From NCBI GenBank assembly GCA_049514315.1, contig JBEKVD010000005.1, forward strand, positions 66,580-130,579: a stretch of 64,000 nt of DNA, written 5' to 3'. How positions within the stretch are numbered: position 1 is the stretch's first letter; the number at the start of each line of letters is the position of its first letter. Below are positions 58,232-64,000 of the stretch, one piece after another. Under the pieces are notes generated by a model. It made no database searches, was not told the origin of the DNA, and saw only the letters and a list, made by a program, of their open reading frames with translations. A program made the translations under genes and the position numbers. Origin of the DNA: Candidatus Limnocylindrales bacterium. GTDB lineage: Bacteria; Chloroflexota; Limnocylindria; Limnocylindrales; CSP1-4.

Positions 58232-61200
58232 ATGTTCGATCGCCTAGGTCGGCTCGTGCTCCGGCTCCGGTTCGTCTTCTTGATCGCGTGGCTGGTGGCC
58301 GCCGCCCTCTTCGGCGTCCTGGCTCCGTCGCTGTCGCAGGTGGGCTCCGCCGACGAGACGAGCTTCCTCCCGAAGGACTCCGAATCGCTCGCCGCCCGCC
58401 AGCTCCTGGCGCAGGCGTTTCCCGGCGATTCGGCCCAGACCACGGCCCTCATCGTCTTCTCCAGGCCGAGCGGGCTGACCGACGCGGACCGCGCCGCCAT
58501 AGACGGGCTGCAGAGCTACATGGAGGGGAGCGGCCATCCGGACGCGGTCCTGCGCTACGTGACCGCCGAGAACACGCCCTCGCTGGCGTCGATGTTCCGC
58601 AGTACCGACGGCATCGTCGAGCTGGCCCAGATCGACCTGAGCACGCCATCGTTTCTGCCGCGGACGAACGCCGCCATAGACGCCATCAGGGCGCATCTGG
58701 CCGCCCCGGGCGTGCTGCCGAAGGGCCTCACGGACCAGGTCACCGGCCAGGCCGGCATCGGCCGCGACTACCTGCAGGCCATCCAGGACGGCACGAGCCG
58801 GACGACCGTCGTCACGATCGTCCTGGTGATCCTCGTGCTGCTGCTGATCTACCGCGCCCCGCTGGCGGCGCTGGCGCCGCTGATCACGATCGGGTCGGCC
58901 TTCCTGATCTCGCGCGGCATCCTGGGCTTCCTGGCCCAGGGAGGCTGGCAGCTCTCCTCGATCCTGGATTCGTTCATCGTCGTGCTGGTCTTCGGCGTCG
59001 GGACCGACTACACGATCTTCTTCATATCGCGCTTCCGGGAGGAGCTTGGTCGGAACAGTCCGCCGGATGCGGTCAGGGTCACCGTCAGCCGCATCGGCGC
59101 GGTCATCGCCGCCTCGGCGGCGACGGTGATCGTGGGCCTGGCGTCGATGGTCGTGGCGCGGTTCGGCATGATCCAGACTACCGGCCCGGCCCTTGCCATC
59201 GCGATCTTCATCACGGTGCTGGCGGGGTTGACGCTCACGCCGTCGCTCCTGGCGATCTTCGGGCGGCGCCTCTTCTGGCCTCTCCACGAGGAGACCCGAA
59301 AGGCAGCCGACGAAGACCGGGGCTTCTGGGCGGCACTGGCGCGCCGAATCACGGCCCGGCCCGGTCTGGTTGTCGGCGTGATCCTCGTGTTGCTGGTTCT
59401 CCCGGCGCTCGGGCTGCCGCTGCTCAAGGAGAACTTCGACGTCCTCAACGAGCTGCCGGCGAGCACAGAGTCGCGCCAGGGGTTCGAAACGCTGAGCGCG
59501 TACCTGGCGGAAGGGCAGTTGATGCCGCTGGACGTCCTGGTCAAGTTGCCGGGCGCCTCGGCTACGGTCTTCACGTCGCAGCAAGGGTTGTCCGACATCG
59601 GCGCGCTGGAGAAGTCGATTGCGGCCGTGCCGAACGTCCAGACCGTGCGCAGCCTGGTCGACCCGCTGGGAGAGGGCAAGATATCGGACCTGCTTCGGCC
59701 CTCGGTGCAGCTGAGCAGCACGGCAACTGCGTTTCGCAAGCCGCCGAGCACCGACATCAACGTCCAGCTGAGCGACGCCAGCCTGTCCGGGGTCCAGTCG
59801 GCCGCGAGCTATGTCGGCGGCCTGGCCGCCGCCTTCCCGAACCTGCCGCCCGACCAGCTCACGGCCGTCAACGCTGATCTCGCAACGCTGACCACCGGGC
59901 TAGTCGATGCCCGCAAGCAGGCACTCGTGCCGAACCAGCTCGACGCCATCGCCCAGCAGCTCCAGGCCGCGGCTTCCGCGCCGGCGACTTCCAACACGGC
60001 TTCGCAACTGGCGGCCCTCAAGTCCTACCTGGACGAGCTGGGAGCGGCTCAGCCGGCCGTGAAGCCGCTGTCCTCCTACCAGTCGGCCGAGAATGCCGTT
60101 GCGGCTCTTTCTGCGGGCTCCAACGTGATCGCTTACGCGCAGCTGCTCGGTTCGATCCGGGATCTCTCGACATGGTTCAGGGATCAGCCGACGCCGTTCT
60201 ACTTCTCGCCGACCAGCGTCCAGCCGAGCGCCGCGACGCTCGCCGCTCAGCAGGCCATGGCTGCGGCCCGGGCCAGGCTGCCCGATGAGCTCGACCAGCT
60301 CGCCGCCAACTTTGGACCGAACGACCTGTACGCCTCGCCCAGTCTCCGCACGGCCTACGTCTCGGCCGATGGCACGGTGACCCAGCTCTACGTCACGACC
60401 TCGACGAACCCGTACGACACGAAGTCGTTCGATACCGTCCGAGACCTGCGGGCGCTGCTGGCGACAAACCCCGGCCATTTCGGTTCGGCAAGCGGCTCTG
60501 CGGCGAGCGGTACAGCCGTGGCGAGTGGCACCGCGGCGAGTGGCACGGCCGTGGGCAGTGCTGGGGTGGCCGGAACTGCCGCGGCGAGCGGCTCTGCGGC
60601 GAGCGGCTCTGCGGCAAGCGGCTCTGCGGCAAGCGGCTCTGCGGCGAGCGGCTCTGCGGCGAGCGGTACCAGGGTCACCGCCGCCGCTCCCAGGGCTTAC
60701 GTCGGCGGGTCCACGGCCGAGTTCGCAGACGTCCAGGACACGATCTCCGCGGACTTCCTGCGCGTCGCCGCCATCACGATCATCGGCATCCTGATCGTCC
60801 TGATCCTGCTGCTCCGCGCCCTGGTGGCGCCCGTCTACCTTGTCCTCACCGTCCTCCTGTCGTACGCGATGAGCCTGAGCGTGTCGGCCTTGATCCTGCA
60901 GCACGTGTTCGGACAGGCCGGCATCAACTACTTCATACCGCTGATGGTGTTCGTGCTGCTCGTGGCCCTCGGGTCTGACTACAACATCTTCCTGATGTCC
61001 CGGGTGCGCGAGGAGAGCTCCACGCGCGAGCTGCGGCCAGGGATACGCGTCGCCTCGGCCCGAACCGGGACGGTGATCACGTCGGCGGGCTTGATCCTGG
61101 CCGGGACGTTCGGGGCGCTCGTGACCTCGCCGCTCCAGCTGCTCTTCCAGGTCGGCTTGACAGTGGCGCTGGGCGTGCTGATCGATACCTTCGTCGTTCG

Positions 61201-61276
61201 CAGCCTCCTGGTTCCGGCACTCACTTCTCTCATCGGCGAACCGGCCTGGTGGCCGTTCCACCGCCGCCGGACGTAG
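58232..61276 (+). CDS. MMPL-family (RND superfamily) membrane transporter
   Basis: It has two 6-TM bundles with MMPL motifs (GTDYTIFFISRFREE, GSDYNIFLMSRVREE) and large extracytoplasmic loops. Confidence 0.85.
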   Translation: MFDRLGRLVLRLRFVFLIAWLVAAALFGVLAPSLSQVGSADETSFLPKDSESLAARQLLAQAFPGDSAQTTALIVFSRPSGLTDADRAAIDGLQSYMEGSGHPDAVLRYVTAENTPSLASMFRSTDGIVELAQIDLSTPSFLPRTNAAIDAIRAHLAAPGVLPKGLTDQVTGQAGIGRDYLQAIQDGTSRTTVVTIVLVILVLLLIYRAPLAALAPLITIGSAFLISRGILGFLAQGGWQLSSILDSFIVVLVFGVGTDYTIFFISRFREELGRNSPPDAVRVTVSRIGAVIAASAATVIVGLASMVVARFGMIQTTGPALAIAIFITVLAGLTLTPSLLAIFGRRLFWPLHEETRKAADEDRGFWAALARRITARPGLVVGVILVLLVLPALGLPLLKENFDVLNELPASTESRQGFETLSAYLAEGQLMPLDVLVKLPGASATVFTSQQGLSDIGALEKSIAAVPNVQTVRSLVDPLGEGKISDLLRPSVQLSSTATAFRKPPSTDINVQLSDASLSGVQSAASYVGGLAAAFPNLPPDQLTAVNADLATLTTGLVDARKQALVPNQLDAIAQQLQAAASAPATSNTASQLAALKSYLDELGAAQPAVKPLSSYQSAENAVAALSAGSNVIAYAQLLGSIRDLSTWFRDQPTPFYFSPTSVQPSAATLAAQQAMAAARARLPDELDQLAANFGPNDLYASPSLRTAYVSADGTVTQLYVTTSTNPYDTKSFDTVRDLRALLATNPGHFGSASGSAASGTAVASGTAASGTAVGSAGVAGTAAASGSAASGSAASGSAASGSAASGSAASGTRVTAAAPRAYVGGSTAEFADVQDTISADFLRVAAITIIGILIVLILLLRALVAPVYLVLTVLLSYAMSLSVSALILQHVFGQAGINYFIPLMVFVLLVALGSDYNIFLMSRVREESSTRELRPGIRVASARTGTVITSAGLILAGTFGALVTSPLQLLFQVGLTVALGVLIDTFVVRSLLVPALTSLIGEPAWWPFHRRRT
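60487..60670 (+). repeat. in-frame Ala/Ser/Gly low-complexity tandem repeat inside the MMPL gene (15-bp unit gcggcRagcggctct, 6 near-perfect copies at 60581-60670)
   Basis: It encodes ...ASGTAVASGTAASGTAVGSAGVAGTAAASGSAASGSAASGSAASGSAASGSAASGT in the second extracytoplasmic domain. Confidence 0.85.
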
Positions 61277-61450
61277 GCACCCGATCTGACGTAGGCGCCT
61301 CGATTTGACGGGGATGCCGGGCATTCGCTTACTGCGGTCGCAGACGGGGCCAGGTAGATGCATCGGGGACGAGCCCGCTCGAGGGACGAGCCCGCTGGCC
61401 CGATCAGTCTTGCCGGCTTCAGGCACGCGGCAGCATCGAGCTGCCCATGT

Positions 61451-61635
61451 GGTGAGCACATCCGACATCCCGCAGCGCGACGTGGGCTCCCGTTATCCAA
61501 ACTGCTCAGATCGAGCATCAAGTTCGACGAAGTCGCGCCGGACCCAGCACCGATCGGTCGGACTTGTCTACCCTTGTGAGCAGGCTTGACACACCGAGCG
61601 CCATCGAGTCGACGGGTATGTCCGATGTGCTCACC
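61451..61635. repeat. 18-bp inverted repeat pair (1 mismatch) separated by 149 bp
   Basis: ggtgagcacatccgacat (61451-61468) pairs with atgtccgatgtgctcacc (61618-61635). No target-site duplication was seen. Confidence 0.7.
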
Positions 61636-61648
61636 CGCTGAGCAGGCC

Positions 61649-61800
61649 GCGGCCGCCAGTTCGGTTGGGGATGCCAGCCGGGTCAGGGACGCGGCCGCCA
61701 GTTCGGTTGGGGATGCCAGCCGGGTCGATGTCGCGGCCGCCAGTTCGGTTGGGGATGCCAGCCGGGTCAGGGACGCGGCCGCCAGCCCGGTTGGGGTGGG
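61649..61800. repeat. 42-bp tandem repeat, about 3.6 copies
   Basis: gcggccgccagttcggttggggatgccagccgggtcagggac is at 61649, 61691 (variant end gatgtc) and 61733, with a degenerate partial copy from 61775. Confidence 0.9.
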
Positions 61801-61905
61801 TGGTGCGACGCCTGCATCCCAAGGCCTCGCAGCCGCCTGCCGGTCGGTGAGTCCCTTCCCCGCTGCTTTGGGTCACGCCTTCAATATCCCCACGGCGCCG
61901 AAGTG

Positions 61906-62008
61906 ACGAAGCGCCTCCCCGCGAAGCGCCTCCCCGCGAAGCGCCTCCCCGCGAAGCGCTCCCCGCGAAGCGCCTCTTCGCGAAGCGCTCCCCGCGAAGC
62001 GCCTCTTG
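61906..62008. repeat. 15-bp tandem repeat, about 7 copies (gcgaagcgcctcccc and 14/15-bp variants)
   Basis: Units start at 61906, 61921, 61936, 61951 (14 bp), 61965, 61980 (14 bp) and 61994. Confidence 0.9.
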
Positions 62009-62043
62009 ACCCGGGCTGATACACTCCCCGAACACCAAGGGGC

Positions 62044-62286
62044 TTGGTCCCGGGTGTGCTTTCGTCACGGAGAACCAGGTTGGGCGCCTTCAACAGCCGG
62101 AACCGCCGCCACGTCGCCGTCGCCATCAGGTCTGACGGTCGTAGAGTGCAGGTTCCGGCCGAGCACCTCGGCCTGGTCGACGTATCCGTCCTCGGCTTGC
62201 TGGCCTCGATTGAGCTTGGCATCGAGTCCGTACTCGGGCTCATTACCGGCTCCCGGCGGGGGACTGGAGGAAGGGACAAGCGCTAG
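62044..62286 (+). CDS. candidate small ORF / leader peptide rich in Leu, Val and Ile; actual start unknown
   Basis: The C-terminal half is HLGLVDVSVLGLLASIELGIESVLGLITG..., with the stop 28 nt before a strong intrinsic terminator. The antisense frame shares wobble positions, so codon bias cannot discriminate between them. Confidence 0.25.
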   Translation: MVPGVLSSRRTRLGAFNSRNRRHVAVAIRSDGRRVQVPAEHLGLVDVSVLGLLASIELGIESVLGLITGSRRGTGGRDKR

Positions 62287-62313
62287 ACACGCAAGACCCA
62301 GCACAGACCAGAA

Positions 62314-62340
62314 CCCTCGCCGGAGCGGCGGGGGTTTTTT
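62314..62340 (+). terminator. intrinsic (rho-independent) terminator or attenuator upstream of ilvB
   Basis: CCCUCGCCG - GAG - CGGCGGGGG forms a 9-bp stem with one G.U pair, followed by UUUUUU. A T6 run is rare in this high-GC sequence. Confidence 0.6.
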
Positions 62341-62496
62341 GATGGCCGGATGGACCAGAGATCCACGGGTGGGGACCAGAACGATCCACGGACACGGGTG
62401 GGACCAGGGCGATCCATGGATGTGATTGGAAGGAACGCAGCGATGGTGACGAAAGAGGAAGGTTCGGGACGGTCGTCGGCCCGTGACCCCGGCCGC

Positions 62497-62600
62497 CCGA
62501 CAACTACCGCGACAACCTCCGCGACAACTACCGCCCCGACAACTACCGGGACAACCTCCGCGACGGCGGCCGTCCCGACAACTACCGCGACGGCGGTCGC
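62497..62600 (+). repeat. 39-bp imperfect tandem repeat (about 2.7 copies), in frame with ilvB, encoding a Thr/Ala/Pro-rich sequence
   Basis: ccgacaactaccg.gacaacctccgcgac... occurs at 62497 and 62536, with a partial copy at 62575, giving PTTTATTSATTTA / PTTTGTTSATAAV / PTTTATAVA. Confidence 0.8.
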
Positions 62601-62763
62601 ACGGCCGACCTCGGGGGCGCCGATAGCCCCATCGCCGGGCGCCCTGACTCCGAATGCGGTGTCGTCCGGTCGTGATGGCACGCTCCGTGGGCGCGAGCGC
62701 ATCAACCACATGCCGGGGGCCGGCACCGAGCGTGCCGATGCCATCTCCGCCGGTCGGCGCGAG

Positions 62764-64000
62764 ATGCTGAGCGAGACCGGCCGCAACCGGGTTCGAAGCC
62801 TCGCCGAGCGGGGCGTGAAGCGGCCCCGTATCGGCGCGGATGCGGTCTGCGAGGCCCTGGTTGGCCAGGGTGTGGATGTCTTCTTCGGCTATCCGGGTGG
62901 CGTCGTCCTGCCCTTCTACGACGTCCTCGGCGATTACCCGGAGCTGCGCCACGTCCTCGTCCGGCACGAGCAGGCCGGCGCTCACGCCGCCGATGGATAC
63001 GCTCGGGCGACCGGGAAAGTGGGTGTCTGCCTGGCGACGTCCGGTCCCGGAGCGACGAACCTGGTCACCGGCATCGGCAACGCCATGCTCGACTCGGTCC
63101 CGATCGTGGCCATCACCGGCAACGTCGTCGGCTCGCTTCTGGGCAAGGATGCCTTCCAGGAGATCGACATCACGGGCATCACGCTGCCGTGCACGAAACA
63201 CAACTACCTGGTGCGCGACCCCAACGACATCCCGCGCGTCTTCGCCGAGGCGTTCCACATCGCCCGAACGGGCCGCCCGGGACCGGTTCATATCGACTTG
63301 ACCAAGGATGCCCTGATGGGCGTCTGCTCCGCCGAACAGCCCGAGGGCGTGGACCTGCCCGGCTTCAAGCCTACGTTCGAGGGCCACTTTCGCCAGATCA
63401 AGCTGGCGGCCGGGGAGATCGCCCGGGCCCAGCGCCCGGTCATCCTCGCCGGTCACGGGGTGCTGATCGCCGAGGCGACGGAGGAGCTGCGCGAGCTGGC
63501 CGAGAAAGCACAGATCCCCGTGGCTCACACCCTGCTTGGCGTCGGCGCCATGGACGAGAGACATCCGCTCTCATTGGGCTTCGTGGGGATGCACGGCTGG
63601 AAGCACGCGAACCGGGCGATCCAGTCGGCGGACCTGCTGATCGCCCTGGGCATGCGCTTCGACGACCGCGTCACTGGCTATGTGCCCACCTTCGCGCCTT
63701 ACGCCCGGATCGTCCACGTCGACATCGATCCTGCCGAGATCGGCAAGAACGTGGCGGTTGAGATCCCGATCGTCGGGGACGTGAAGCGCGTCCTGACCGC
63801 GCTCCTGCCGCAGGTTCAGCCGGTCGGGCCCGAGCAGCGCGCGGCGTATCTGAAGGAGATCGCCGGCTGGCGATCCGAGGCGGAGAAGGCTCCGTGGCAC
63901 GGCTCCGGGGCGTGGCGCAATGGTCAGCTCTCCGCCGACTACGTCGTCGGCAGGATCGGCGAGGCCACAGGCCACGACGCCACGATTGTGGCGGACGTCG
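62764..64000 (+). CDS. ilvB: acetolactate synthase (acetohydroxyacid synthase) large subunit, 3' end beyond the window
   Basis: It has GADAVCEALVGQGVDVFFGYPGGVVLPFYD, RHEQAGAHAADGYARATGKVGVCLATSGPGATNLVTGI and GMHG. The frame is open from 62287 to the window end. Possible starts are 62350, 62416, 62443, 62710 and 62764. Confidence 0.9.
   Translation, partial: MLSETGRNRVRSLAERGVKRPRIGADAVCEALVGQGVDVFFGYPGGVVLPFYDVLGDYPELRHVLVRHEQAGAHAADGYARATGKVGVCLATSGPGATNLVTGIGNAMLDSVPIVAITGNVVGSLLGKDAFQEIDITGITLPCTKHNYLVRDPNDIPRVFAEAFHIARTGRPGPVHIDLTKDALMGVCSAEQPEGVDLPGFKPTFEGHFRQIKLAAGEIARAQRPVILAGHGVLIAEATEELRELAEKAQIPVAHTLLGVGAMDERHPLSLGFVGMHGWKHANRAIQSADLLIALGMRFDDRVTGYVPTFAPYARIVHVDIDPAEIGKNVAVEIPIVGDVKRVLTALLPQVQPVGPEQRAAYLKEIAGWRSEAEKAPWHGSGAWRNGQLSADYVVGRIGEATGHDATIVADV

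Noticed and set aside
61586-62068. ORFs running through the repeat arrays: 61586..61906(+) with AAASSVGDASRVRD repeats, and 61631..62068(-) with PAGIPNRTGGR and GGASR repeats.
   Set aside because: There is no ATG/RBS (a TTG start was inferred only by the ORF caller). Both strands are equally open because of the repeats, and the 14/15-bp unit mixture breaks the frame in the second array. They are kept as repeats rather than CDS, and the possibility is recorded in the findings.

Overview
This is a visibly high-GC, densely coding bacterial chromosomal window (G+C not computed). I recognised no rRNA, tRNA, CRISPR array, transposase, integrase or phage gene. All calls rest on reading the ORF translations against remembered family motifs, with no database search, and many start codons are chosen by eye.

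Content from left to right:
- obg (5' partial), nadD and rsfS.
- A four-subunit 2-oxoacid:ferredoxin oxidoreductase (korDABG order).
- A ROK regulator, a ROK kinase, a CUT1 ABC sugar importer with no ATPase gene, and a double-SIS protein.
- A complete L-rhamnose locus: rhaB-rhaI divergent from a DeoR regulator, a rhaTPQS-type ABC importer, rhaM and rhaD, with a convergent Zn-ADH.
- SDR, ogt and copA.
- fabD-fabF and a second fabF, separated by a MarR gene and a decayed MFS gene, followed by another MarR.
- An hdrCBA-mvhDGA operon (heterodisulfide reductase plus group-3-type [NiFe] hydrogenase) with a maturation protease, a HypA-like protein lacking the zinc module, and a tandem-ACT protein.
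- A small membrane protein and a DUF4160/DUF2442 pair.
- ilvD.
- Two paralogous GT87/DUF2029 membrane glycosyltransferases flanking a GT2 / epimerase / flippase-like operon.
- leuCD.
- A DUF385 deazaflavin-type reductase, a third GT87-like protein and an MMPL transporter.
- A repeat-dense 1 kb intergenic region.
- A candidate leader ORF plus intrinsic terminator, then ilvB (3' partial).

Gene content (MMPL, GT87, DUF385, ROK, ATPase-less CUT1) suggests an Actinomycetota-like or related terrabacterial lineage, but taxonomy cannot be fixed from this window.

I found no clear-cut new system. The best candidates for follow-up are:
- the Zn-less HypA-like gene in the Hdr/Mvh operon;
- the GT87-flanked polyprenyl-phosphate-sugar module;
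- the repeat-rich region with a putative attenuator upstream of ilvB.
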